A DNA stretch of 64,000 nt from positions 8,106 to 72,105 of the forward strand of contig CAZFLX010000004.1 in the NCBI GenBank assembly GCA_964519885.1. The letters are read 5' to 3'. Below the pieces are notes generated by a model. That model searched no databases. It was given only the letters and a program-made list of their open reading frames with translations, and had not been told where the DNA came from. This document shows positions 10,657-19,933 of the stretch, in pieces (within the stretch, counting starts at the first letter, position 1; each line of letters begins with the position of its first letter). This DNA comes from an uncultured Francisella sp. (GTDB lineage: Bacteria; Pseudomonadota; Gammaproteobacteria; Thiomicrospirales; Thiomicrospiraceae). A program made the translations under genes and the position numbers.

Positions 10657-10685
10657 CTAGGTAATTGTTGGTAACAATTACCTAG
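10657..10685. repeat. perfect 13-bp inverted repeat with 3-nt loop; purD terminator hairpin or operator of the HD-GYP/kinase operon
   Basis: CTAGGTAATTGTT ggt AACAATTACCTAG, in the spacer between the purD stop and the HD-GYP regulator start. The stem is AT-rich and only a weak T-tract follows on the minus strand. Confidence 0.5.
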
Positions 10686-10763
10686 TATGCCCGCCAATAG
10701 GGGTTTTAAGATAAATACGCCATAAAGTCTATTTATGAATAGCTTGAATGATGCGTTTTGATC

Positions 10764-12056
10764 TTAGGAGGCGCTTTCGCGGGCAATAGCACGGTAGCCA
10801 ATATCGGTACGATAGAAAGCGCCATCGAACTGCACCTGATTTAACGCTCGATAAGCGGCTTGCTGTGCTGAGGAGACAGCGTCTCCCAGTGCGGTAACAC
10901 ATAACACGCGTCCACCACTGGTAACAATTTGCTCGCCTTGTTGGCTTGTACCCGCTTGGAAGACTTTAGCGCCCGTGGCTTCTGCGGCAGCGATGCCATG
11001 AATGACATCACCTTTGCGTGGTTCGTCGGGGTAATTAGCGGCAGCCATCACGACACCCACGGCAGCACGACTATCCCAGTCGGCTGTGGTGTTGGCCAAG
11101 TTTTCAGCGAGAGCAGCTTCAACCAAATCGACTAAGTCTGATTGTAAGCGCATCATAATCGGTTGGGTTTCTGGGTCACCAAAACGGCAGTTGAATTCGA
11201 GCGTTTTCGGATTGCCTTCTGGGTCAATCATACAACCTGCGTATAGAAAGCCGGTGTAAGGTGTGCCTTCGGCTGCCATACCATCCAGTACCGGGCGAAT
11301 AATGCGTTGCATAATGCGTTCTGCGACGCCATCCGTCACAACGGGTGCAGGCGAATAAGCGCCCATACCACCGGTGTTTGGACCTTTATCGCCATTGTCA
11401 CGGGCTTTGTGGTCTTGGCTGCTGGCCATTGGTAAAGCGTTTTGACCATCACACATGACAATAAAACTGGCTTCTTCACCGGTTAAGAATTCTTCGACCA
11501 CCAGACGCGCACCAGCAGAGCCGAATTTGCCGCCTAAAATATCACTGACTGCGGCTTCTGCTTCAGCAAGTGTCATGGCAACAATCACGCCTTTACCAGC
11601 TGCTAAGCCATCGGCTTTAAGCACGATGGGCGCACCTTGTTCACGCACGTAGGCGAGTGCTTCGGCTTGTTGTTCGCCGGTGAAAACTTGGTAGAAAGCG
11701 GTCGGAATGGCATGACGCGCCATAAAATCTTTGGCAAAAGCCTTGGAGCTTTCTAACTGTGCGGCGGTTTTGGTGGGACCAAAAATGGCTAGACCAGCGG
11801 CAAGAAAGGCATCTACCACGCCAGCCGCTAAGGGGGCTTCGGGACCAACCACTGTTAAAGCCACTTGATTGGCTTGCGCAAAATCGACTAAGGCTGGAAC
11901 ATCGGTAGCACTAATGGCGACATTTTCGCATTTGGCTTCTTGTGCAGAACCGGGGTTTCCGGGTGCGACAAAGACGTGAGTCACGCGAGCAGATTGTGCC
12001 AATTTCCAAGCAAGGGCGTGTTCACGACCGCCGTTACCAATAACCAAAATATTCAT
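10764..12056 (-). CDS. purD: phosphoribosylamine-glycine ligase
   Basis: 430 aa. MNILVIGNGGREHALAWKL N-terminus and ATP-grasp core. Confidence 0.97.
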   Translation of the reverse strand: MNILVIGNGGREHALAWKLAQSARVTHVFVAPGNPGSAQEAKCENVAISATDVPALVDFAQANQVALTVVGPEAPLAAGVVDAFLAAGLAIFGPTKTAAQLESSKAFAKDFMARHAIPTAFYQVFTGEQQAEALAYVREQGAPIVLKADGLAAGKGVIVAMTLAEAEAAVSDILGGKFGSAGARLVVEEFLTGEEASFIVMCDGQNALPMASSQDHKARDNGDKGPNTGGMGAYSPAPVVTDGVAERIMQRIIRPVLDGMAAEGTPYTGFLYAGCMIDPEGNPKTLEFNCRFGDPETQPIMMRLQSDLVDLVEAALAENLANTTADWDSRAAVGVVMAAANYPDEPRKGDVIHGIAAAEATGAKVFQAGTSQQGEQIVTSGGRVLCVTALGDAVSSAQQAAYRALNQVQFDGAFYRTDIGYRAIARESAS

Positions 12057-12076
12057 AGTTAACTGATTTCCAAAAT

Positions 12077-12769
12077 TTATTGATTGTCCGGGATAAACTT
12101 TAACACCTTGCCATTAATGCAATAGCGTTTACCCGTCGGGGGAGGACCGTCATCGAATACATGTCCTAAATGAATGCCTGAACTGGCACTACGAACTTCG
12201 ACGCGTTTCATGCCGTGGGTGTTGTCTTCATGATAGGTAATCGAGCCTTCAATCGGATTGAAAAAGCTTGGCCAGCCCGTACCGCTGTTGAACTTGGTGT
12301 CTGTGCGGAAAATCGGTGCGCCGGTAATGGGATCAACAAAAGTACCAGGGCGTTTTTCATCCAAATGCGAACCCGTAAAAGGGCGTTCAGTGCCTTGCTC
12401 AAAGGCAATACGCTGTTGTTCGGGCGTGAGCAATTGAAAGCCCAGCCATTGCCAAAAACGCGGTTTATCGCCTTCATAACCCGTGTAGCGCGTCACTTCT
12501 TTGCCGTCGTTAAACAGCACAATCGTCGGTGTGGCGAATAAGGGTTTTTCGAGCGTCAAACCTGCTGGTGCTTTGGCATCAGCGATTTCACGAATAGGCA
12601 AATCGGCACGCCAGTCATTCATAATATCGCGTTTGAATTGGGCGCAGAAAGCACAATCAGGCGCGGTAAACACGATCAATTGTCGATTGTCATTCATGAT
12701 GGGTTTCTCCTTAGCGCAAGCAGTTAGCGATAATAAGAAAAGGAATACTAAGGCGAACTTTCTTAACAT
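12077..12769 (-). CDS. msrB: lipoprotein fusion of a thioredoxin-like domain (CAFC) and methionine-R-sulfoxide reductase MsrB
   Basis: Lipobox LLSLTAC. Trx-like APDCAFCAQF. MsrB core GTGWPSF...HLGHVFDDGPPPTGKRYCIN. Confidence 0.85.
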   Translation of the reverse strand: MLRKFALVFLFLLSLTACAKEKPIMNDNRQLIVFTAPDCAFCAQFKRDIMNDWRADLPIREIADAKAPAGLTLEKPLFATPTIVLFNDGKEVTRYTGYEGDKPRFWQWLGFQLLTPEQQRIAFEQGTERPFTGSHLDEKRPGTFVDPITGAPIFRTDTKFNSGTGWPSFFNPIEGSITYHEDNTHGMKRVEVRSASSGIHLGHVFDDGPPPTGKRYCINGKVLKFIPDNQ

Positions 12770-12798
12770 GGTTCAACTCCTCTCCTTTCCCCTCACTA

Positions 12799-14379
12799 TC
12801 AATGACGGAAATGACGCATACCCGTGAACACCATTGCCATGCCGTGTTCATTAGCGGCATCAATCACTTCTTGGTCACGCATTGAGCCACCAGGTTGAAT
12901 GATACAGCTAATACCGACCGAGGCAGCATTGTCGATACCATCGCGGAACGGGAAGAAAGCATCAGAAGCCATCACCGCACCTTTCACTTCCAAGCCAGCG
13001 TGTTCGGCTTTAATGGCGGCAATACGCGCTGAGTTGACACGGCTCATTTGACCGGCGCCGACACCAATGGTTTGACGGTTTTTTGCATACACAATGGCAT
13101 TGGATTTAACGTATTTGGCTACTTTCCACGCAAAAATGAGGTCGTGCATTTCAGCTTCGGTCGGCACGCGTTGGGTGACGATTTTCACGTCGCTGCTGCT
13201 AATCATGCCCATATCGGCTGACTGCACTAATAAGCCACCATTCACACGTTTGTAGTCGAGGAAGCTGGCGCGTTGATCAGGGAAGGCACCGCAAGACATG
13301 ACGCGTACGTTGGGTTTGCTGGCTGAAATCGCCAAAGCTTCTTCGCTAACGCTGGGGGCAATAATCACTTCAACAAACTGACGACTGATAATCGCTTGCA
13401 TGGTCGTCGCATCTAACGGACGGTTAAAGGCAATAATGCCACCGAATGCTGATTCAGGGTCGGTTGCGTAAGCCAGATCATAGGCTTTACCAATACCATC
13501 TTCGCTGACAGAAACACCACAAGGATTGGCGTGTTTAACGATGACACAAGCTGGCTTAACAAACGACTTCACACATTCTAATGCCGCATCGGTATCGGCA
13601 ATGTTGTTATAAGACAACTCTTTACCCTGCAGCTGACGTGCGGTAGCGATGCTGGCTTCTTTGGCGTTGCGTTCAACATAAAAAGCAGCTTTTTGATGCG
13701 GGTTTTCACCGTAACGTAATTCTTGGGCTTTCACCAATTGGGTATTAAAAGTGCGAGGGAAGTCGAGTGGTTGCTCGAAAGTGCCTTCACCCAAGCGTGA
13801 ACCAAAGTAGTTGGCAATGGCACCATCGTAACGAGCGGTAGTTTCGTAGGTCTTAATGGCTAAGTCAAAACGTGTGGCATGAGAAAGCTGACCTTGGTTG
13901 GCGTTCAGTTCTTCTAAAACACGACCGTAATCGGCAATATCGGTAATGACAGCCACATCGGCATGGTTTTTAGCTGCGGCACGCAACATGGTCGGACCAC
14001 CAATATCGATGTTTTCAATGGCATCTTCTAAAGTGCAATCGGCTTTAGCAATGGTTGCTTCGAACGGATAGAGGTTAACCACTAATAAGTCAATTGGCTT
14101 AATGCCATGCTCAGCCATAATGGCATCGTCGGTACCGCGACGACCTAACAAGCCACCATGTACTTTAGGGTGTAGGGTTTTGACACGACCATCCATCATT
14201 TCGGGGAAACCGGTGTAGCTAGACACTTCGGTGACGGGAATGCCCGCTTCTTGAATGGCTTTGTAAGTGCCACCTGTTGATAGCAGTTCGATGCCTAGGG
14301 TGTTTAGGTTGCGGGCAAAATCGATGAGGCCAGTTTTGTCGGAAACACTCAAAAGGGCGCGACGAACAGGTTTAAGCAT
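12799..14379 (-). CDS. purH: bifunctional AICAR transformylase / IMP cyclohydrolase
   Basis: 526 aa. [13 protein letters not shown]-terminus and a C-terminal ...TGMRHFRH. Confidence 0.97.
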   Translation of the reverse strand: MLKPVRRALLSVSDKTGLIDFARNLNTLGIELLSTGGTYKAIQEAGIPVTEVSSYTGFPEMMDGRVKTLHPKVHGGLLGRRGTDDAIMAEHGIKPIDLLVVNLYPFEATIAKADCTLEDAIENIDIGGPTMLRAAAKNHADVAVITDIADYGRVLEELNANQGQLSHATRFDLAIKTYETTARYDGAIANYFGSRLGEGTFEQPLDFPRTFNTQLVKAQELRYGENPHQKAAFYVERNAKEASIATARQLQGKELSYNNIADTDAALECVKSFVKPACVIVKHANPCGVSVSEDGIGKAYDLAYATDPESAFGGIIAFNRPLDATTMQAIISRQFVEVIIAPSVSEEALAISASKPNVRVMSCGAFPDQRASFLDYKRVNGGLLVQSADMGMISSSDVKIVTQRVPTEAEMHDLIFAWKVAKYVKSNAIVYAKNRQTIGVGAGQMSRVNSARIAAIKAEHAGLEVKGAVMASDAFFPFRDGIDNAASVGISCIIQPGGSMRDQEVIDAANEHGMAMVFTGMRHFRH

Positions 14380-14653
14380 GGGGGGCTTCTCCAGATGAAG
14401 AGGTTTCTAATAAGGGTGGCGTAATGCCATATTGTTTCAATTTTTTATTCAGGGTATTTCGATTGATACCTAACCAACGTGCCGACATGCTTTGGTTGTG
14501 TCCGGTTCGGCGCATGACAAAGTCTAACAAGCCACGCTCCATTTCTTGCGTCATGATGGCGTGCAGGTTGCTGGGAATTTCGCCATCTAAGGTAGCAAAA
14601 TAATGCTCCAACACGGATTGAACAGACTGATGTAAACTGTGTGGCGTAGACAT
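14372..14653 (-). CDS. fis: DNA-binding protein Fis
   Basis: 93 aa with C-terminal [30 protein letters not shown]. It overlaps the purH start by 8 nt, and the fis-purH-purD order matches Pseudomonas. Confidence 0.9.
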   Translation of the reverse strand: MSTPHSLHQSVQSVLEHYFATLDGEIPSNLHAIMTQEMERGLLDFVMRRTGHNQSMSARWLGINRNTLNKKLKQYGITPPLLETSSSGEAPHA

Positions 14654-14755
14654 GCGTGGTTGGGTGTCGTAGAGTTAATACTAAGGGTTATTTTAATCGA
14701 AACGGCGGTTAAAGTTAAGGAATCTCTGAAAATAGCAAAGGCTTAAGGAGTATCT

Positions 14756-15109
14756 ATGTTGGAATGGTTGTGGAAAAGTCGCTCGTCTAAATTGTTATCG
14801 TCAGATGAAGTGGCAAAGCTGGCCGGGGTTGCAGTGGAATTGGTTGGTCATCCTCATCAGCGCTGGTCGGGTGAGCGTTCCTTATTGGATGCCTTAGACA
14901 AAGCGGATGCGCCGGTAAGATCCAGTTGTCGTAGTGGTAATTGTGGTGCGTGTTTGGCGTATTTGGAGTCGGGTGAGGTGGGTTACACCAAAGAAACGAG
15001 TTTTCCGTTGGAGTCAGGGGAAATTCTGATGTGCTCTTGTGTGCCTTTAACGCCCATTCGCATTCGTTTACCGGAAAAACCTGTCGGTGCGCGTCGTCGT
15101 AAAAAGTAA
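14756..15109 (+). CDS. 2Fe-2S ferredoxin-like protein
   Basis: CRSGNCGACLAYL...MCSCV gives the plant-type C-x4-C-x2-C...C cluster ligand pattern. Confidence 0.75.
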   Translation: MLEWLWKSRSSKLLSSDEVAKLAGVAVELVGHPHQRWSGERSLLDALDKADAPVRSSCRSGNCGACLAYLESGEVGYTKETSFPLESGEILMCSCVPLTPIRIRLPEKPVGARRRKK

Positions 15110-15124
15110 GGTGAAGTGATGCAA

Positions 15125-15153
15125 CAAAAAAGCCGACACTGGGTCGGCTTTTC
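15125..15153. terminator. bidirectional terminator between the ferredoxin-like gene and rpsT
   Basis: AAGCCGAC / GTCGGCTT stem flanked by an A-run and a T-run. Confidence 0.75.
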
Positions 15154-15175
15154 CATGACTAAAAATTCCGTGGAA

Positions 15176-15445
15176 TTATTTAGCAACCATCGCTTTTACA
15201 CGTGCGTTCAAACGGCTTTTCATACGAGCCGCTTTGTTACGGTGAATGATGTCTTTACGAGCAATGGTATCGATCTGAGCTTGCGCAGTGCGGAAAGCCG
15301 TCATTGCTGCAGCGTGATCACCTGTAGCAATCGCTTCTAAGGTGCGACGCACTAAAGTTTTAGTTTTAGATTTTTGAGCAACGTTGCTTAAACGATTACG
15401 TTCTGCAATCAGTACGCGTTTTTTGGCTGATACGATATTGGCCAT
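15176..15445 (-). CDS. rpsT: 30S ribosomal protein S20
   Basis: Start set at ATG 15445 (MANIVSAKKRVLIAERNR), giving 89 aa. The tracked start adds 14 atypical residues. Confidence 0.95.
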   Translation of the reverse strand: MANIVSAKKRVLIAERNRLSNVAQKSKTKTLVRRTLEAIATGDHAAAMTAFRTAQAQIDTIARKDIIHRNKAARMKSRLNARVKAMVAK

Positions 15446-15620
15446 GTTTTTTTCCTTTGAAATTGGGTAATCCGTAGACGCTTGCAATCCATCAATAAGG
15501 AAGAGATAAAATGCAAAAGAAGTATTATGCCAATGAAAGCCATTTTGGTCAAGGTTGATCAGGCTAAAACATAGGTATTACTCGAAAATTTAGGACGTTT
15601 CCGTTACAATCATGCTTTGA

Positions 15621-16421
15621 TTGTCAAAAGCATTAGTGGATTTGATTATGGTTATTTGGGCATGGTTGGGTGCGATTTTAATTGGTTTGAGTTTGGGCTT
15701 ACTGGGTTCGGGTGGCTCGATTCTCACCGTGCCTGTACTGGTATATTTAGTTGGTCAGGATGAAAAAGTCGCTTTTGCCGGTTCCTTGGCGATTGTTGGC
15801 TTGATTAGCTTGGTCAGTGCCATTGCTTATGCGCGCAAAGATCAGGTCGATTGGCGCAGTGCGATGTTTTTTGGCCTTCCCGGCATGGTGGGAGCGGTGC
15901 TAGGTGCTTACTTCGCACGCTATATTCCTTCATGGATGCAAATGCTGTTGTTTGCTGCCTTATTGCTGGTGGCTGCTTGGTTGATGTTTCGTCCCATAAA
16001 TTTAGATGATGCACCCACTGAGCCGCGTGCGTTTTGGAAGGTGGGGCTGGATGGATTAATTGTCGGTGCGCTGACAGGTTTAGTCGGTGTCGGTGGTGGT
16101 TTCTTAATTATTCCAGCTTTGGTGTTGTTGGGTGGTTTATCGATGAACGTTGCCGTTGGCACTTCATTGGTGATTATTACCATGAAATCAGCCAGTGGTT
16201 TTTGGGAATACCTACATGTGCTGGAAGATTTGAATTTATCGTTGGATTGGGGCTTAATTGGCTTGTTTGCGGTATTGGGTATTGCGGGTGCTCAAGTCGG
16301 ACAAAAGTTAAATAGCCGTTTGCCTCAGGTCTTGCTGCGACGTTTGTTTGCTGTGTTTTTATTATGCATGGGCGCCTTTATTGCATGGCGCAACCTTCCA
16401 CAACTGCTATCAGGAGTATAG
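15621..16421 (+). CDS. TauE/SafE family sulfite/anion exporter-like membrane protein
   Basis: Polytopic, Gly-rich helices and an internal duplication (LGLLGSGGSILTVP / GLVGVGGGFLIIPAL). The start is uncertain (TTG 15621 or ATG 15648). Confidence 0.85.
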   Translation: MSKALVDLIMVIWAWLGAILIGLSLGLLGSGGSILTVPVLVYLVGQDEKVAFAGSLAIVGLISLVSAIAYARKDQVDWRSAMFFGLPGMVGAVLGAYFARYIPSWMQMLLFAALLLVAAWLMFRPINLDDAPTEPRAFWKVGLDGLIVGALTGLVGVGGGFLIIPALVLLGGLSMNVAVGTSLVIITMKSASGFWEYLHVLEDLNLSLDWGLIGLFAVLGIAGAQVGQKLNSRLPQVLLRRLFAVFLLCMGAFIAWRNLPQLLSGV

Positions 16422-16425
16422 TTTA

Positions 16426-16986
16426 ATGAAAACGATGATTGGATTAACAAGCGTTTTACTCATGTCGTCACCATTGCTGGCACAAGCATCAGAAGTGGAT
16501 GTGATGAAAAAAGCGGTGTTTGCTGGCACGACAGGTGTCGCTGATGCGATGCAAACGGGTGTGGCTGAACTCTTGCTGCAACGTAAGTGGCAAGCTAATG
16601 CACAAGGTCAGTTAAGCGAAGCTAAGTGCGGTGTCGTGCCCTACAAAACCGATGTGGTTGATTTGAATGGCGATGGCAATAAAGAAGTCATGCTGTTAGT
16701 GGGTAACGAGTGTAGCTCGGGCAAAATTGGGCAAACGCTTTATTTGTTTAATCAGGCGAGTGATGGCAAAGTTCAACGTCAGTTGGGTTTTTCGGCCAGT
16801 GGTTACCGAGTGTTAAAGCCGAAAAGTGAAGGCGCATGGCCAGACTTGCTGTTCTTCGGCACAGGCGATTGTCAACCTGTATGGCGCTATCAGCAAGCAA
16901 CGGGTCGTTATAACTTCAACCATTTGTACGAGGCTAAACCTCAAGCTTGTATGGTTGGACAAATGCAAGTTCATGAGCAGAAATAA
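16426..16986 (+). CDS. exported hypothetical protein
   Basis: Start set at ATG 16426, giving the signal peptide MKTMIGLTSVLLMSSPLLAQA. No family recognised. Confidence 0.6.
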   Translation: MKTMIGLTSVLLMSSPLLAQASEVDVMKKAVFAGTTGVADAMQTGVAELLLQRKWQANAQGQLSEAKCGVVPYKTDVVDLNGDGNKEVMLLVGNECSSGKIGQTLYLFNQASDGKVQRQLGFSASGYRVLKPKSEGAWPDLLFFGTGDCQPVWRYQQATGRYNFNHLYEAKPQACMVGQMQVHEQK

Positions 16987-17719
16987 TGCCTATGTTTTGC
17001 CCAAATCACTGTTAAAAGTGGTGGGCAAGGCGGTTGTTCAGCATCAGATGATCCAAGCCGGTGATCGGGTGCTGCTGGGTTTGTCGGGAGGTAAAGACTC
17101 GCTGACCCTGCTGCTGGTGTTGAAACATTTGCAGCGGCATGCGCCCATTTCATTTGAGTTGGCTGCCTGTACAGTGGATCCCGAGATTCCTGGTTTTGAT
17201 CCTTCTCCCTTGGCTACTTTTTTAGCCGAGTTAGATATTCCTTACTTTTATGAAAGTCATGGCATTATGACGCAAGCAGAGTCTTCGATGCAGGGAGACT
17301 CTTTTTGTTCTTTCTGTGCGCGCATGAAACGTGGCATTTTATATTCGGTGGCGCGGCGCGAGGGCTATGGTGTGTTGGCATTGGGTCAACATTTGGATGA
17401 CATGGCAGAGAGTCTGTTTATGTCGATTATGTACCAAGGCAAACTGCAGACGATGAAAGCCAATTATGTTATCGATGCCGGTGACTTAAGGGTCATCCGC
17501 CCCTTAATGTCAGTGCGCGAATCGCAAACGCGTGCTTTTGCCGAATCGGCCGATTTACCCGTTATTAAAGATAATTGTCCTGCCTGTTTTAGTAAGCCCC
17601 AGCAACGACAACGCATGAAAGAACTCTTGCATGCTGAGTCGCAACTAAATCCTCAGTTGTTTGCCAATATTCAAGCAGCCATGGCACCCTTAATGGCAGA
17701 TCGTGGAAGACCATTGTGA
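16973..17719 (+). CDS. ttcA: tRNA 2-thiocytidine synthetase TtcA-like PP-loop ATPase
   Basis: Start set at ATG 16973. PP-loop LGLSGGKDS, cysteine motifs CSFCARMKRG and CPAC, and LGQHLDD. Confidence 0.8.
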   Translation: MSRNNAYVLPKSLLKVVGKAVVQHQMIQAGDRVLLGLSGGKDSLTLLLVLKHLQRHAPISFELAACTVDPEIPGFDPSPLATFLAELDIPYFYESHGIMTQAESSMQGDSFCSFCARMKRGILYSVARREGYGVLALGQHLDDMAESLFMSIMYQGKLQTMKANYVIDAGDLRVIRPLMSVRESQTRAFAESADLPVIKDNCPACFSKPQQRQRMKELLHAESQLNPQLFANIQAAMAPLMADRGRPL

Positions 17720-18606
17720 GTCAACAAGCTAAAGCTAAATGGTTTGTGCGCCTCTTGACTGGGCTCAGTCGCCTGCCTTTGCCCATGGTGCATGGATTGG
17801 GATGGGTATTAGGTCATTTATATCTTGTATTCCCTTCACGAGATAGACGTGTTACCTGGAAGAATTTGTCGATCGCCTTTCCTACGATGAGTCCTTGGCA
17901 GCGTTTTAACCTGATGCGATTGTTCTTTGTCGAGTTGGGTAAAACTGCTTGTGAGCTGGGTTGGATGTGGGTAGCAAAACCCGAAGCATTGTTTGCTCAG
18001 ATTAAGCAGGTTAAAGGGCTACATTTGATGGAGCAAGCTTTGTCGCAACAGAAAGGCGTGTTGTTGCTGACACCGCATTTTGGCGCTTGGGAATTGGCGG
18101 GTTTATTTTGGGCCTCTACGCAGGGTATGGCCAGTCTTTACCAACCTTCCGATTATGCCGAAATAGAAGACTTTGTAAGAGGGGCTCGTCAACGAACGGG
18201 GGCTAGGTTAGTGCCGACAGACATTTCAGGTGTGCGTGCTTTGTTGTCAACACTCAAGCAAAATCAAATTGCCGGCATTTTACCCGATCAAGACCCTGGT
18301 GATAATGGGGGTGAATATGCGCCTTTCTTCGGCTTGCCCGCTTACACCATGGTGCTGACTGGTCGCTTGGCGAGTAAAAGTCAGGCGCCTGTGTTGTTTA
18401 CCTGGGCAGAGCGTTTGTCTTGGGGACGAGGCTATTGTTTGCATGTGCTGCCAGCAAGTGAAGCCATCGCAAGCGCAGATTTAATTGAGTCGGCACGCGC
18501 TATGAATGCCGATATTGCCCAGTATGTTGCCCGTTGTCCGCAACAATATATTTGGAATTATAAGCGCTGGAAGCGACAAGCCGATGGAAGTGATGTGTAT
18601 GACTGA
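17716..18606 (+). CDS. lipid A late acyltransferase (LpxL/HtrB family)
   Basis: 296 aa with LLTPHFGAWE (Hx4E acyltransferase motif). The GTGA overlap with ttcA suggests an operon. Confidence 0.8.
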   Translation: MSQQAKAKWFVRLLTGLSRLPLPMVHGLGWVLGHLYLVFPSRDRRVTWKNLSIAFPTMSPWQRFNLMRLFFVELGKTACELGWMWVAKPEALFAQIKQVKGLHLMEQALSQQKGVLLLTPHFGAWELAGLFWASTQGMASLYQPSDYAEIEDFVRGARQRTGARLVPTDISGVRALLSTLKQNQIAGILPDQDPGDNGGEYAPFFGLPAYTMVLTGRLASKSQAPVLFTWAERLSWGRGYCLHVLPASEAIASADLIESARAMNADIAQYVARCPQQYIWNYKRWKRQADGSDVYD

Positions 18607-18635
18607 TCGATTAGTCGTTGTTAAGAGGATATGTT

Positions 18636-19262
18636 GTGTCGGATAACCAAAACCCTTGGGATCAACGCTTTGCCAGCGTGAGCGGATTTATGTATGGTGA
18701 ACAACCGAATGTCTGGATTGCCAGTCAGTTACCGGTTTTAGCAAAAGATGCTGCAGTGCTGGCTATTGCCGATGGTGAAGGACGTAATAGCGTCTGGTTG
18801 GCGCAACAAGGGTATCGAGTTAGTAACTGGGATTACTCTACCGTGGGCTTAAGCAAAACCCAAGAGTTAGCGCAACGCGCTGGGGTGTTGGTGGATACAC
18901 AACGTGTGGATTTGATTGCCGATGACTTGCCTCATCAGCAGTTTGATGCGCTGGTAGCCAGTTTCTTTCATATTCCCAAATCGGCTCAAGGTTTGTGTTG
19001 GCAACGCTTGTTTGATCGTTTGAAGCCCAATGGGGTGCTAGTGGTTCAGGTGTTCGATGAATCACAATTGCCACTCACCAGTGGCGGTCCAAAATCGATT
19101 GACTTGCTTTATGATTTATCCCTTTGGCAAAGTCTGTTAGTAGATTGGCAAGTTGAAGTGTGTGAACGAGCCGAAGTGTGTTTAGATGAGGGTAGTCATC
19201 ATCAAGGATTGGCTCGAGTAATCAATATTAAAGCGGTTAAACCGACCGAGGAACTTTCATGA
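18636..19262 (+). CDS. class I SAM-dependent methyltransferase
   Basis: Start set at GTG 18636, 6 nt after AAGAGGA. VLAIADGEGRNSVWLAQQGY resembles a TehB-like SAM-binding motif I. Confidence 0.65.
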   Translation: MSDNQNPWDQRFASVSGFMYGEQPNVWIASQLPVLAKDAAVLAIADGEGRNSVWLAQQGYRVSNWDYSTVGLSKTQELAQRAGVLVDTQRVDLIADDLPHQQFDALVASFFHIPKSAQGLCWQRLFDRLKPNGVLVVQVFDESQLPLTSGGPKSIDLLYDLSLWQSLLVDWQVEVCERAEVCLDEGSHHQGLARVINIKAVKPTEELS

Positions 19263-19846
19263 ATATTCGTCAATTATGGCAATCAGAATTGGCTGCTGCT
19301 GCGCAAGTCTTGCAAGCGATTCAGCAAGATACTGAGTTGTTGAATGGGTTTGAGCAGTGGGTTATGTTGTGTGAAAACACCTTACGTGCGGGCAATAAAC
19401 TGATGTTTATCGGCAATGGTGGTAGTGCTGCCGATGCACAGCACCTAGCTGCTGAGTTGGTCGTTAGGTTTAAGCTGAACCGCAAAGGGCTGCCGGCTTT
19501 GGCGTTAACGGTTGACTCTTCGGCATTGACGGCCATTGGTAACGATTTTGGTTTTGATCAGTTGTTTTCCCGTCAAGTTGAAGCCTTGGGTCAGCAGGGC
19601 GATGTGTTGATTGCACTGTCTACCAGTGGCAATTCCGAGAATATTTTGAAAGCCGTTCCGGTTGCCCAAGCCATGGGGATTCGGGTGATAGCCATGACTG
19701 GCGCCACGGGTGGCAATCTCGCGACACTAGCGGATCAGTGCCTGTGTATGCCCAGTACTGATACGCCTCGTATTCAAGAAGCGCATACGCTGTTGGGACA
19801 CATGCTGTGTGATTTGTTGGAACAGCGTTTGTCTGCTAGTAGTTAA
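19259..19846 (+). CDS. gmhA: D-sedoheptulose-7-phosphate isomerase (SIS domain)
   Basis: GNGGSAADAQHLAAEL, TAIGNDFGFDQLFSRQVEA and LSTSGNS. It sits beside LPS genes. The DiaA paralogue cannot be fully excluded. Confidence 0.75.
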   Translation: MNIRQLWQSELAAAAQVLQAIQQDTELLNGFEQWVMLCENTLRAGNKLMFIGNGGSAADAQHLAAELVVRFKLNRKGLPALALTVDSSALTAIGNDFGFDQLFSRQVEALGQQGDVLIALSTSGNSENILKAVPVAQAMGIRVIAMTGATGGNLATLADQCLCMPSTDTPRIQEAHTLLGHMLCDLLEQRLSASS

Positions 19847-19933
19847 TGCGATTTAATGCTATTATTATCTTCGATCATCAGGGTTATTAAACAAGTAAAA
19901 TTAATCCTCAACAGTAAATAAAAAGATAATTGT

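Noticed and set aside
12208-12827. Four overlapping 89-108-aa ORFs on both strands across the msrB gene.
   Set aside because: The MsrB/Trx frame contains the diagnostic motifs. The others are out-of-frame or antisense shadows.
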